A stretch of 64,000 bases of DNA from Blepharisma stoltei ATCC 30299 (lineage: Eukaryota; Protista; Ciliophora). A program made the translations under genes and the position numbers. Location: contig CBFDEM010000015.1 in NCBI GenBank assembly GCA_965603825.1, positions 558,001 to 622,000 on the forward strand, given 5' to 3'. Every line of letters starts with the position of its first letter. Position 1 is the first letter of the stretch. Below the pieces are notes generated by a model that saw only the letters and a list, made by a program, of their open reading frames with translations, had not been told where the DNA came from and ran no database searches. Below, piece after piece: positions 1 to 12,348 of this stretch.

Positions 1-620
1 AAATCATTATTTGCAAAAAGAGGCACATGCCCCATTAGCTCGTGGGCTACATCTGGCTCTGGAGAGTAAAAGACTGCAGATTGGTGTCTGATATATCGAG
101 AACTGTAAAAGATTTTATACGCAAGACCGTATAAAAATGACCTTGGATTTATCATTCCTCCGCATGGTACAAGCTTGAAACCTGTTTTATAATTGAGATA
201 CTTGTTTACGAGAGAAAACTGCGGAATCTTTTCAGGAGAGTAAATCCCAAGTTGTTCAAGCTCTCTAAGATTCTCTTTATGCTCCTCACATGCACACTCT
301 AAATGAAGCTCTCTCAATCTTGCATAAAGAATTTTCCAAGTCTGATAAGTGTCACTAGGATACACTATATCTGTCACATCAGCATCTACTGATTGATCTA
401 TATTTCTTGTATTTTTGAGTCACTTCATATAGCTAGAGTCATCATACCCTGGATATGAGGCTCCAAGCCTTGATACACAGTCTTCATAAGATTTATCAAT
501 TAAGTCAAGCTCACTTCTTGAAGAAGGATACCAAATTTCTTGGCCAATGAAACTGAACTTCCGAGTGTAAAGAGCTCTTAAGCTACTTTTCAGCTGATTT
601 AAAGCACAATAAGCTAGCAT
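1..620 (-). CDS. Biopterin-dependent aromatic amino-acid hydroxylase (PAH/TPH family), 5' part; runs off window start
   Basis: Reading the TGA at 422-420 as Trp extends the 66-aa ORF in frame to the window edge: ...YPGYDDSSYMKWLK...GLAYKIFYSSRYIRHQSAVFYSPEPDVAHELMGHVPLFANND. This matches the family motif YxPEPDxxHELxGHVPLF with both iron-ligand His. Confidence 0.92.
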
Positions 621-858
621 TTTATAAATAATAATCGTAAATTTATTTGGCCAATTTATCTTTAGGTGTTCTTCGAGCGTAGAAAGCCACTCTTTCCATT
701 GAGCTAAAAATCAATCTTCCGATGAGGAAGTCAAATTATGCAATTTTCTGAACTCAAAAGCTTGCTGATCAATCAATATTTTTAATCAGGAAAAGTATTA
801 TTATTGACTGTTTAAATATCTTACAAGATAAATCGAGCAGGTAAATTTTTAAAAAGCA

Positions 859-1392
859 ATGGAAGGCGCTGCTGAAATACATTGTAACAAAGAGATCCCT
901 ATGACTTCAGAGAACGATTTACAAGAGAATAGAGACTCTAATTTAAAGGTAGAAAGCTCTTTTGGCTCAGGGCTCTTTTCGGATTTTGAATCATCTTCAG
1001 AAGGTTATAAAGGAAGCTTTATGGATAGATCTTATGAGATGAACCCAGACGGGTTCCCCAATAATATAGAAACCATAGAAAATAGCTTTAAGGTCTCGTT
1101 TGATAATGAAGCAGATTTTAATCAAGTTTTCACACAAGAAATTTCTAATTTCACATTAGATGAAGACGAGTCAGAAGAAAGAGGGGATGAGGAGATTGTT
1201 ATAAGAAACCCTTTGCCAAGCATGAAAGTGCAAAGAGAGCCTATAGAAGCGCTGTATAACCCTAGCAAAATCTTTCGATATAATAACCAGGCAATATCTT
1301 TAGAAAGTAATGGGATAAGAAAAAGATGACTATGCTACTCTTGCCTTCAGAGCTCAGGACACAATAAAAAGCATGAATGCCTTCTTCTTTAA
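859..1392 (+). CDS. Acidic low-complexity protein with C-terminal CaaX (CLLL)
   Basis: TGA 1327-1329 as Trp continues LCYSCLQSSGHNKKHECLLL to TAA 1390-1392. Confidence 0.75.
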
Positions 1393-1491
1393 TTTTTGTA
1401 ATTATAAATAAATTATCCTGTTAAGCTCTTCTATTTCAAATAAGCCTTCTAGCCCTCTTCAATCAATTTTAATTCCCAATAATTAACTGAT

Positions 1492-2994
1492 ATGGCATCA
1501 GAAGAAGCAAAATTATATGGAAATTTCCCCCTGCCCCCAATTTCAAGCAGAAATAATCATTCAAGTTATTCCTTCAATATGAGCAGCGAGCAGCACATTA
1601 TAATTGAAGATGAAAAAGAAGACAACGAAATATACCATCCAAGACCTTTAGAATTTGATTTGTGAAATGGAATTGATGAAATCATCATCTCAGAAGAAGA
1701 TGTAAGGTTCCAAGAAATGAATGGCTTTTTTGGGTTTGATGGAGACGAGGAAATTAAAGAAGAAATCCAAGTCGAAATTAGCGTGCTCAGTGGTATAAGT
1801 GAAGATGTCAAAAATTTTTCTAGCAGCGTATCAAATAATTTGCACTCAAGCACTGTTCGTGATGAGCGCTGGATGTGTCCTGTTTGCTTAGAATTATTAG
1901 AAGACCCAGTGGAAACTCCATGCTGTCATAATCTTTTTTGCGAAAAATGTGTAATTAATATCAGAAAATGCCCATTATGCAGCCAAAATCTGGGGCAGTG
2001 CCAGCCTAATATTCCTATAAGAAGACTTATGGAAGACTTAGCTGTAAAATGCAGACATGCAAGATGTGAAGTCATTATTAGAAAAGCTGATTTAATTAAT
2101 CATGAAAAAACATGTGAAATGGCCCTTGTTCCTTGTCAAAATAGCTTTTTGTGTGGCGAAGTGTTGAGAAAAGACATAGAAAAGCATTTAAAAGATGAAT
2201 GCTCGTACCGGCCAGTGCTATGTTCTTTAGAATGTGGAAAAATACTACCGTATTCTGACATTGAAAAACATATAGAAGAGGAATGCTTAAATTTTATCAT
2301 AAATTGTCCTCAAAAATGCGGGACACTAATTCAAAGAGGCGAAACTGACATGCATATTTCTCAGGTTTGCCCTTACACATACATAAAATGTAACCTTATT
2401 GACACAGATAGCCAATCTTGTACTGTAATTTGTATGAGAGAAGAGCTAGAGGATCATCGTTTAATCTGCGAATTCAAAAAATCCCAGTGTCCTAACAGCG
2501 GCTGCTACGAAAAATTTTCAAAAAGACTATTCCTCAGCCACAACAATATTTGCCGGTTTAAACAAATCCATTGTCCTAACAATTGCCAAGAGCTTATATT
2601 AAGAAAAGATATAGATAATCATTCAATTTTATGCCCTTTAAAAATTATTGAGTGTCCTTATAAGGAGTTTGGCTGCACTGTAAAAATTGAAAGGAAAATC
2701 CTAAAGGAGCATCTTGAAGATGAAGCTGTTTATCATAGTCTCAAAATGGTAGAAGGGTGCAAAGAAAATAAATTGGCTATTGAAAAAATGCAGTTGGAGT
2801 TTCAAGTGATGAAAGAAATGTTTAAACAAGAACTCTTGAAGATTGGGGATGAAATGAATATAATTAGGTGCCAAAGGAGAGAGAACGAAAGGGCTAGAAT
2901 TGAATGATATGATGAAGAGCCTGAAGGACTGGTGGGAGGGAATAATAAAGTGCTGAATTCTTTTGATGACTTTTTGAGGATGCTAGAAAGATAG
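1492..2994 (+). CDS. RING-finger plus tandem TRAF-type zinc-finger protein (E3 ligase-like)
   Basis: CPVCLELLEDPVETPCCHNLFCEKC RING followed by repeated C-x3-C...H-x3-C TRAF fingers. In-frame ATG at 1492; TGAs at 1663 and 2905 read through to TAG 2992-2994. Confidence 0.88.
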
Positions 2995-3062
2995 GTACTA
3001 AAATAATTAAATTGTTTTATTAGTGATATTAAAAATTATTAGTTTAATAGATCCCATATAAT

Positions 3063-4217
3063 ATGTATTTTTGCCATCTGCCTTTTAGAAATTGCCTAAG
3101 CAAAAATTTCAGATTGGCTGCAGGCTTAACAACACACAAATTCGCTCAAACGTTCCAAACAAGAAGATTTGCTACTGAACTTATATCTCAGGTAGCAAGA
3201 AAACAGCTAAATTCCTTTATAAATACCTTACTTGATCCTCAGTTTTCAGATCATCATTTAAGAAAGTATCTCCGAACTGAAGATATGAGATGATGTAACG
3301 AATACTGCATGGGCATGGTTTTGACTTCTATGCTAAAGAAAAAAGATCCTTATATATCCCTCCTGAATTATTTTGAAGAGAGAATTTTATTTATGAATTT
3401 GACTGATTCAATAGCCTGCTCTAATTTAATCAAATTGTTTAGCAAACTCGACTACGTTCTTACTGAAGAAGCTTTATTAAAATTAGTTGATGCTGTCCTT
3501 CATATAAAAGATGAAGCAGACTCCTCAAAGCATATTTCTTTATTTCTCTTCTCTATTGCAAAGTCACATCTCACATTTTTGCAAAAAATGACGATTTTTA
3601 CAAAATTTGAAGATTTAGTGGTTTCTCGAAAATATACTTTTAACAGTGACGACAGAGGACAGCTTATATTTGCGTTTTCAAAAATAATAACTGAGCGTTC
3701 TTCAGATCTTTTGTATTTTCTCATTAACAATACACCTTTTATTGAGAAAAGCCCAGAAGAGATTTTATCAATCCTTGACGCAATTCAGTTTACTGCAGTG
3801 CAAAACGATCATATTATTTTAGAAAAAACAGAAAAATTTTATATTAAATATCACCCATTCCTGGAACGAGTTGAGTATATAAAAGTTGTCCACTCATTTT
3901 CTAAAAGGAATTATGGGAGCAAGGAATTATGGGAAATTCTACAGGATTGCTTTTTTTGGTTTGATTATGATGATCATTCATTAGGTGTGGTTTACTCTAG
4001 CTTTGTAAGGACTAATAAAACTTCAGATCAGTTTTTAAGGCAAATTTGGCCATTGATTGAGGAGAGAATAGGAAACTTCATTGAAAAGCATAGAGGTTCC
4101 ATAATTTATTTTATGAAAAAAAGAAATATAACTAGTGATCAAAGTTATAAAGATCCACAGAAGACAAGAGCAACAAATGACAAAAATTTAGTAGAAAATG
4201 AAGAAACCGAGAAATAA
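3063..4217 (+). CDS. Helical-repeat protein, possibly mitochondrion-targeted
   Basis: ORFs 3063-3293 and 3309-4217 join in frame through TGA 3291-3293. The N-terminus is basic and poor in acidic residues. Family not recognised. Confidence 0.6.
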
Positions 4218-4291
4218 GGATAAAACATGATGAAAAAGAATAAATCTTAATCAGAGAATATTTTCTTAATTAACTTTATTTATTATTCACA

Positions 4292-6097
4292 CTAGCAAGA
4301 TACAAAAGACCACCCTGAAATCGCGTTTCCTTGTTCTCCAATACTCAGATCTCCATACACTTTTATCGGGTCAATATTTTCTTGCTTGAGTTCTTTTCTT
4401 TCAGGGATCGGCGGCCTTAACTCTCTCCTTAAGGCGCTTTGCCAGTCAATTCCTCTGAAAAATTCATGGCTTTTGATTTCTTCTGCATCTTTTCTCGCCC
4501 CAAGCCTAATATTCGGATCCCTCTGAAGCAGCTAAATATCCCTTACATTTTTAATCAAACATTTTGCTTCTGTGCTCAAGCTTGACGGCAGCCTCAGTTT
4601 TCCTTTTTGTATATTTGAAATTAATTCTTCTCGGTTTGCTGAAAAATAAGGTGGTATGCCCACCAGCATTTCATATAACAAAACCCCAAGTAAATACCAG
4701 TCTACAGATTTCCCATGTCCTTGCCTTCTTATCATCTCTGGAGCCAGATATGCAAGGGATCCACAGAAGCTTTTTGTGACATAATTATCATGGACTCCTT
4801 CTTTTGATAATCCAAAATCAGTCAAAAGAGCATGGCCTTCTTCATCAATTACGACATTATCTGGCTTAAGATCTCTAAAAATGATCCCTTTTTTATGCAG
4901 TTCTTCTAAAGCAAGCGTTACTTCTGCCAGATAAATTTTTGCTTTTTCTTCAGAAAACCTTTTCTCTTTTGTAAGCATTAATCCTAAATCCCCTCCTGGG
5001 CAGTAGTCTAATATTAAAAAAAGTTTTTCTGGGGTTTGGAATGCATAGTTTAAAGATACAATAAAAGGATGCTTCACGTAGCTCATTACATTTCTTTCAG
5101 TCAGAGCGTATTTTATCAAATTTTGTGCCATGATTCTGTCTTTTCTTAAAACTTTCATGGCGTAAAGGTTTTGTGTGGCTGTTTTCCTTACGAGGTAGAC
5201 TTCGCCAAAACTGCCTTTCCCAAGCTCTTGCAATAGCTCGAAGTCAAAAGGACTCACTTTTTCAGGATTTTGTGGCTCTTCAGCAGTCGACATGTATAAT
5301 ATACTAACCCTTTGAGTTTCCACCCTAGACCCAGAAGACGGAGTCTGGGAGCCTGATTTATTTATGTATTTTTGGAAGATTTTGTCAGTCTCCTCTGAGC
5401 CTGCCACTTCAGCTGCCGTTTTGTCTTGGTTGTTTTCTATAAATAAGCTTGGCTTTTTTGATAAAAGCCAAATAAGCAGGCCATTGTGAGAGTTTTGAGA
5501 CGCCAAGTGCAAAGGAGTGTTTCCATCGTTATCTGTGACATCTATTTCTGCTCCTGATCTTACCAAAAGCTGGGCAAGCTGCAAGTAGCCATTCATGCAG
5601 GCAATGTGAAGAGCGGTTCTTCCCTGGGAATTTTTGGCATCAATATCAGTTCTCTCCCCATAGTCTAATAAGATCTCACAAACCCTGAGGAAGCCTTCTT
5701 GGGCAGCGACGTGCAAGGAAGTGTCATTATTGTCACCTTTAAAGTTTACATCAGCCACTGCATCACCATAGAAGGATTTTTGTAACAATTCTCGGCATAG
5801 TTCGGCCTTATTTTGCAGAGCAGCTTGCCAAAGTGCTTCGTTCATTGAGTTGGAGTGTGTCAGAGGAATAGCTGAGGCAGGCTGGGAGCTTCGTCTTGGG
5901 ATTTTTTGGACAAGAACCGACTCGTTACCTTCACTTATGGATCCGAAGAAAGAATCGTCGATTTCAGAGTCGAAAACTCGAGAAATGCTGGTCTGAGGGT
6001 TGGTTGTAGATTTCGTGTCTTCTTCGGTTAAGCTTTGATTAGATTTGGAGCTATCTTTTTTCAATAAAGCTAAAAAGAGGCTTTTTATTTCTTTCAT
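4292..6097 (-). CDS. Ankyrin-repeat AGC-family Ser/Thr kinase
   Basis: Ankyrin repeats (GRTALHIAC, GNTPLHLAS) precede GKGSFGEV, FRDLKPDN, DFG and APE. Removing intron 4532-4546 gives CLIKN|LLQRDPNIRLG..EEIKSHEFFRGIDW and an AGC tail to TAG 4294-4292. Confidence 0.93.
4532..4546 (-). other. 15-nt spliceosomal intron GTAAGGGATATTTAG
   Basis: Removal restores kinase subdomain XI (LLQRDP..RLG). Confidence 0.93.
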
Positions 6098-7137
6098 GGA
6101 ATAATTAATGCAGGATTTAAAATGGATTTAAATTACATTAAATGCGATATATGCAGTGAGAAAAATATATATAAATAATATCTGATGTGGAAATTAGAGC
6201 TAGAGTTCTAAGTTTTATATATATGACTAAAGGAGATATAAAGATCCTTTAAGCAGTTGCTTTATAATATGCTGCTTTAAGATATTAATATTATATTTAA
6301 TACTTAATTATTTTTAAATGGAAAATTTACTAATGTGGATTAAAAACTTTTTTTTGCAAGTTTCTTATTAGTTAAAGATCTTAAGATCTTCAAGAAAAGC
6401 ACAGCCTTAATTTTTATAAATTTAGTTCACTAACTTCACAAATTATCGTATCAACTTTTCTTTTCTTCATAATAAAGATTTTATTTTTATTAGATGAATT
6501 TCAGTCTAAGCAAGCGGCATGCACATTATCGATTTTGGTATCTTTTAATTGACACTATTTGTGTAACAATATCTAGTCTGCAATATGAAAGCAATGTTTG
6601 AAGCCCGCCCCAACTGGCTGCTATATTGTAGATATATTGTTAAGCCTCTTTTAGTTGTAAAATTTTTATCCAAGTGTTTTGTGCTATATACCTTACATTT
6701 GAGTCCTTTCTATGATTCTGCATATAATCTTTAGTAAAGCTTATATAAATGATCATTTTCTATATTTAAAGAAAGCATTTTTGCAATCAACAATGACATT
6801 TTTTATTGAAAGATTACGAAAAAATCCTAAAAACTCAGCTTTTAAATCCCTTAAATTGGGCAAAGAAAAATAGGGATAAGGTGAAATACCTAGGCCTACA
6901 ATGGCGATTAGTTTAAAACTGGTATGTCATGAATTTTAAATTTTCTATCAATTGTGCTAAGCGGGATATTATCTTTATTCTGAAGTGAATTATCAGCTAT
7001 ACTTACATAAAATTAAGATTTTTAAGTTCATACTTTATATTTTAAATGCTTGGTAACTTATTTAAATACCATATTGCTGCCTAATTTTTAATTCAACAGT
7101 GAATTTCTGTTCTGTTTTGTAATTTATTATATTTAAA

Positions 7138-7368
7138 ATGGGCATAAACTGCTGCAAGCAATCATTTAGCACAGTAAGTGATTGCATTCAGGTGCCTAAC
7201 TCAGCACCTGAGTCTAAAAGGAAAGCGGTGCTTTCCAAAACCCCCACAAGGGCACACACAATTACACTTAAAATTACACAAAATCAATTATATCAGAAAC
7301 GCAAGAATCACACAACAAAAAAAGAATATTTGCCAACCCTGAGCGAATCATTCGTTTACGTAAACTAA
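7138..7368 (+). CDS. Small protein with N-terminal MGxxCC myristoylation/palmitoylation-like motif
   Basis: 76-aa ORF starting MGINCC after AAA-ATG context, ending in TAA. Confidence 0.6.
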   Translation: MGINCCKQSFSTVSDCIQVPNSAPESKRKAVLSKTPTRAHTITLKITQNQLYQKRKNHTTKKEYLPTLSESFVYVN

Positions 7369-7647
7369 TCTTTTAGTTATATTAAATTACTTTGTTGAAC
7401 AAATAATTTTGTCACCTTGGATTAATAAGATGACATCACTAATTTCATTTCCTTTTATGTTTTTGGAAGTCTCAATTTTTATTTTCTTATTAATTTTTTC
7501 ACCAACATTATCTATCTTCTTTAATTGAAAATTTATACATTTAATAATGCACGCCATTGTGTTTTCTCCTATATTTCGATTATATCTGATCTTTCTTTTT
7601 CTTAATTTTCTCAAAATCTCTAACTAACTGACTGAAATACTATAAAG

Positions 7648-8899
7648 ATGGATAACTCATATGGCAATAATTCTCAAACGTCTTATCAACTTCCTAAAGA
7701 CGAGCATACCTTTTTAACGTCAATTCCTAGAACTAAACACGAACTAGACCCTACAATCCCAAATTCTGATGCAATTAATTCACTATATTCTCAAATAAAC
7801 AGCTGCATTTCGGTAACAATAACTTCAGGGCCTTGATAATCAAGTAGGAAAAGTCCTTCAAAAGCATGAAGCCGACTTTTTAAATGTGTATAAAGGACAT
7901 ATGTATATGATTCAAAAAGAAATGAGAATTTTAAAAGAAAAAGTCAGCGAAGAAGAAATCAAGCGTAGAAGAGATGAAGAGTTACGGGTTTTGGAAACGG
8001 AAAGAGATTGGTTTCGAAATGAAGCTTTAAGGTTAGATAAAATATGCAAGGAATATAAGCGGAGCATGGAAATGTGGAAAAACAAAGCCCAGACATTAGA
8101 GGAGGATAGAAAATTTATGGAAGAACAAGTGCTATCAACAAAAAAACAAAATTTACATTTGCGTGAGAATTTAGAAAGCAATATGTCTCATCCTCCTGAT
8201 TTTACCCTTTCAAGCCCACGAAGTGAAGATATGGACCCTCTAGCTATAGAAAGAGGTGACAGTTTAGATGCTGGAAGAGAATCTAAAGACTACAAAAAAT
8301 ATATGAGTGCTGCACCATTTATTACCATGCAAGATCTAAAAAAAGTTGAAGAAAGATACAATGAGACTATAAAACACTTAAAAAACCAAATAGACATACT
8401 TAAAAAAAGCCTCCACGCCCAAAAATCCGCTCAATCTAATTATGTATTAGAAAAAGGAGAGCTTGAAGATTTCTTTATTCAGTGTATTGAAGAAGTCAAA
8501 AAAGAAATAACGAAAAGAAGAAGTCTATCGTTACTTCACGCAAGAAATAAAATGCCCAATACCACCAGCTCAAAATCTTTGAGGTCAGCAAAATCTATTG
8601 AGGTCTCTGAAGAAATTAAATTAGACCAATTTAAAGACTGCGACAAAAGAAAAGTCTTAGAAATGCTTGTTTGTAATGAAGAAGTATTAGCGTTGTTTCA
8701 TGACAGGATTTTCCCACAAACGAGAGAAAGACCTAATACTAATATGTCTTCGAAGAGAGTAAAATCAAGCGCAAGCTCTTCAAATTTGTTAAATACACAT
8801 GGATTAAGTTCACATGTTTTTAGTATCCCTGCGTTTAGCGATAAGAAAAGAGGGCTGATGAGACCAAGCACAGCTCCAAGAGGCTGGTTTAAGAGTTAA
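7648..8899 (+). CDS. Coiled-coil protein, BBOF1/CFAP157-like C-terminal region
   Basis: Two ORFs joined by the 16-nt intron 7813-7828 (SCIS|GLDNQVGKVLQKHEADFLNVYKGHM). Carries the motif ELEDFFIQCIEEVKKEI...DKRKVLEMLV. Family call tentative. Confidence 0.7.
7813..7828 (+). other. 16-nt intron GTAACAATAACTTCAG
   Basis: Its removal brings the upstream ORF into frame with 7886-8899. Confidence 0.8.
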
Positions 8900-9095
8900 T
8901 AATTTTATAATATCAAATAAAATGGAATTAAAAAATTATTCAATTAGAGGTTATTTCATATATCTGCCAATGCAAGCAATACTATTATTTTTCACACAAT
9001 AATTTATTAGAATCCAAAATATATTCTAAATTATTTAGTATTTTTATCAGCTCGCACAATAAACAATTTAAAATTCATTTTTTCTGTCATTATAT

Positions 9096-10085
9096 ATGAG
9101 ACGAGTAAAAGAAAAAAACAAGGTTTACGAGCAGCTGATTTTAAGTCCTAAATTTTCAACAAGGCGCACATCTCCAAAGAATTCGTTCAGTTCAGATTCA
9201 AAACTAACAGGACCTCGAACAAATAGAAGCCCTGTTAATTTTTTGCGATTTGGATGCCCAACCGATGTGATAGTCCACATCCCTGAACAAATTGCTGTTT
9301 TAAATACCAAGTCCCAAGTTGACTTATCCAAATCAAACTTAAACATCCAAGACTTAATTGACCAAAATGCAACTAAAAAAATGAAGAGAAAAATCAACTC
9401 AAATTTCAACATTTGGGAACAATTTGACTCTATCCAAGTCCCTATCAAATCCTTCGAGCAAGTAAAAAGACCTCGCCATTATTTCTATTTAAGCAAAGAA
9501 GAGCCTAAAGATGAAGACACATTTCGTCTTGAACTGACCAACAAGATTTCAGAGAAGCCAAACTTTGATTATTTAAAGATAAGTCCACAGACAGAAAATA
9601 TCCGAAAAGATTTATTTGATGCAATTTCACATATAAAATCGTCTGTACAGTCCCCTGGAGAAAGCTGAAAAAATTTTACGAATTTTTCACCATATGCAGT
9701 TCCACAGTCTGAAGATTTTATAAAAGCAGTCAAAGCAGGGAGGGTCATGGACGTCCAGAAGCTTTTTACGTCTAATAAAAAGCTTGTGCATATAGTAGAC
9801 TCGGTCGGAGAAACCCCTCTTCATTGAGCTGTCAAAAGAAATGACAAAGCAATGGCCCAGCTCTTAATTGTGAATGGTGCAAAAATCAATGAAGTCGACA
9901 TATCACGTCGAAGCCCAGTCTTCTTAGCAGCAAAACTTGATTTCCCTGAAATGGTAAAAATCTTATTAGACGCAGGGGCAGATGTCAATATCCCTTCAAT
10001 GAATGGGCTCACTTTATTTGATATTGCTAAAGAAGGCAGCCTTACTTTTTCCCTGCTCCAGCGTTATACAGCTCGTAAAAATTAA
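9096..10085 (+). CDS. C-terminal ankyrin-repeat protein
   Basis: Continuous through TGA 9666 and TGA 9825, the latter giving the ankyrin consensus GETPLHWAVKRN. Confidence 0.88.
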
Positions 10086-10099
10086 TTTATATCTTATAA

Positions 10100-10771
10100 A
10101 TGGATTTATCTGATAGTGCAAAAGGCATAGCTGGGCTACTGCGCACCCCAAGTGGCCAGGCTCAGTCGCTTTATTCCAAGATAACTAATATTCTCTTTGA
10201 TTTTAAGAAAAAGAAAAATAAAGTGTGTGTCCGCATCGAAGTTTCGCAGCATTTGCCAATAGAATTTGAAGTTGATTACTCTTTATTGGACTTTAATGAT
10301 ACTTTTAAACAAATTTTGAAACAGTCTCAGCTGAATAATCTAGATATTCAATCAATAGATAATTTATTTCAAGTAAAACTTGTAGACTACTTATTAGTCC
10401 AAGCTATCAAAAAAGGTATGCAAAAGATCAACAGTTTAAGCGCCCAAGTCATTTATTCACAAGTAAAAGAAGACCAAGAAGACCCTGACAAAGTTGTAAA
10501 AGACTGCATAAAGTACTCAATGGTCTTATCCAACCAAATTCTTCAAGACATCAATTCTAAGCATCAACGAATCTTAGAAGTCATGAAAAAATTTAACATG
10601 GAAGTCTATGAAAGAGGGCCACTTATATCCCGATCCATTGAAGAACTAACTGACAATTTGCATCGAAAATTCATTTTGATAATAAACCAAATCATCGAGC
10701 TGCAAAGGGGGCATACCATTGCAGAATCCCACCTTACCGAACAGGTGAAAGCACTGATTAATAGTTTGTAA
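10100..10771 (+). CDS. Hypothetical protein
   Basis: 223-aa ORF from ATG to TAA; no recognised motif. Confidence 0.65.
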   Translation: MDLSDSAKGIAGLLRTPSGQAQSLYSKITNILFDFKKKKNKVCVRIEVSQHLPIEFEVDYSLLDFNDTFKQILKQSQLNNLDIQSIDNLFQVKLVDYLLVQAIKKGMQKINSLSAQVIYSQVKEDQEDPDKVVKDCIKYSMVLSNQILQDINSKHQRILEVMKKFNMEVYERGPLISRSIEELTDNLHRKFILIINQIIELQRGHTIAESHLTEQVKALINSL

Positions 10772-10799
10772 GGAATTAATAAATCATCCATTAAATAAT

Positions 10800-12281
10800 A
10801 TGAAGCCTGGCGACGTGAAGAAAGGTGGAAGCGGGTTATATAATTGGGGAAACCCTACTGACTTAAAGCACATGCATGAAGAACAGGGCGATATCCCTGA
10901 CAGTGAAGAAGACGTGGAATATACTGAATACGCCCATGCCCAGACGCCTTCGCCCACAAAAAGCACTTTTATTTCACATGAGCCAGAATATTGGGTTTTT
11001 GACACTTTAGAGGTAAAGGTGGAAACTAGGACAAAAGTCCAAGAGGTTTTGACACAACAGAGTTATGCTGTTTTTGTGGACTGAGTAAAACAGCTCAGAA
11101 GACCGAAACTACACAGTGTAATTTTTGCTAGAATATTACAGGTCAGTTTAGACAAGCCTGATAGTGATAGAGAAATCATCTGGGGACTCATTGAATTATT
11201 GCATTCAGCTAAAATTTTTACGCAAAAAGAAATCAGGCGTGGGTTTGATAAGATTTATTCACAAGTTTCAGATATAGTTGTAGACGTCCCGAATGGGCCA
11301 GAAGTTGTGCTGGATTTTCTTGTTAGATCGATTATTGGAGGACTGATTCCGAGCTCGGTAATTTTGAGAATCCCGCTTAGCTTTTATAACCTGGGAAGTG
11401 GGTCTTATGTATTGAGGGAGATAAAAGAAAAAAATCAAGTTTTAGGAGACTTAGTAGAAACTTTGCAAGAGGCAAAACTCTTAATTATTGATATTCTAAA
11501 AGAATACTTCGCTACAGGAGTCAATGAAGGAGTCAAGGACTACTTAAAACGAGATCTCAATATCTTATACGGTCCTTTCGTAATAAGAAAAGCTATAGAG
11601 CTCGCCATCGAAAGAGATAACCGCGAAAAAGAACTCTGCAGCCGCTTATTAGGAGAAATTTCAGGAATCTGCCAGCCTAACACCTTTGTGGAGGCATTTG
11701 ACGACACCCTCAGGAATATCAGAGAAACCTCTATTGATGTCCCATCAGCCCCAGAGCTCATAGCAAAATTCATAGCCCGAGCTATGGCTGACGACTGCTT
11801 GCCTGCAAATTACATCATTGACTCAGAATTATCGACAATTGAAGAAAACTCAATAGAACTTACCGTTCTTCTCCAAGCTCAAAGGCTAATTAACCACAGA
11901 GAAGCGTATACAACGCTACAAAGTGTATGGGGCCCACAAGTAGAAAACTTAAACGACTATCAAAGGCAATTTGACACCATAATTAGAGAATTTTTAGATA
12001 GTAAAGACCATAGAAATGCTAAAGAATGCTTAAAAGAATTGTGCTGCCCTCATTATATGCATGAATTTGTAAGGAAATCAATAAAATTAGTTATGGACAA
12101 AAGTGAGCAAGACCAAGAAGAAGTTTTGCAGCTGATTTTGGCTTTGAAAAGAGAAGGGGTTATTTTAGAGACACAAGTTCAGCAAGGAATAGAAAGAATT
12201 GAACAAAATTTGGGAGATTTAAGACTAGATGTGCCAAAAGCTGATGAAATTTTGGGGAAATTTAAGTCACAACTACAATAA
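10800..12281 (+). CDS. PDCD4: MA3-domain protein (PDCD4-like translation regulator)
   Basis: N-terminal KKGGSGLYNWG motif and repeated MA3 helices (IDVPSAPELIAKFIARAMADDCLP, LRLDVPKA). The two ORFs join through TGA 11082-11084. Confidence 0.82.
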
Positions 12282-12348
12282 CTTAAGCAATTTTAGGATG
12301 AAACCAATTTCAATAGGAGTCTTTTTTATATTTTTTATATTTTTGTCA

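Noticed and set aside
6480-6760. Slightly GC-richer patch in the 6.1-7.1 kb gap, possible small gene or ncRNA
   Set aside because: No sustained frame under either code, no canonical 15-16 nt intron to rescue one, and no recognisable RNA structure.
7387-7614. Lys/Ile-rich minus-strand ORF
   Set aside because: Non-ATG start and AT-rich intergenic composition; no motif.
10768-10800. GTAAGG at the end of ORF 10100-10771 as an intron fusing it to the PDCD4-like gene
   Set aside because: No AG at 15-16 nt; the downstream gene has its own ATG and a family-typical N-terminus.
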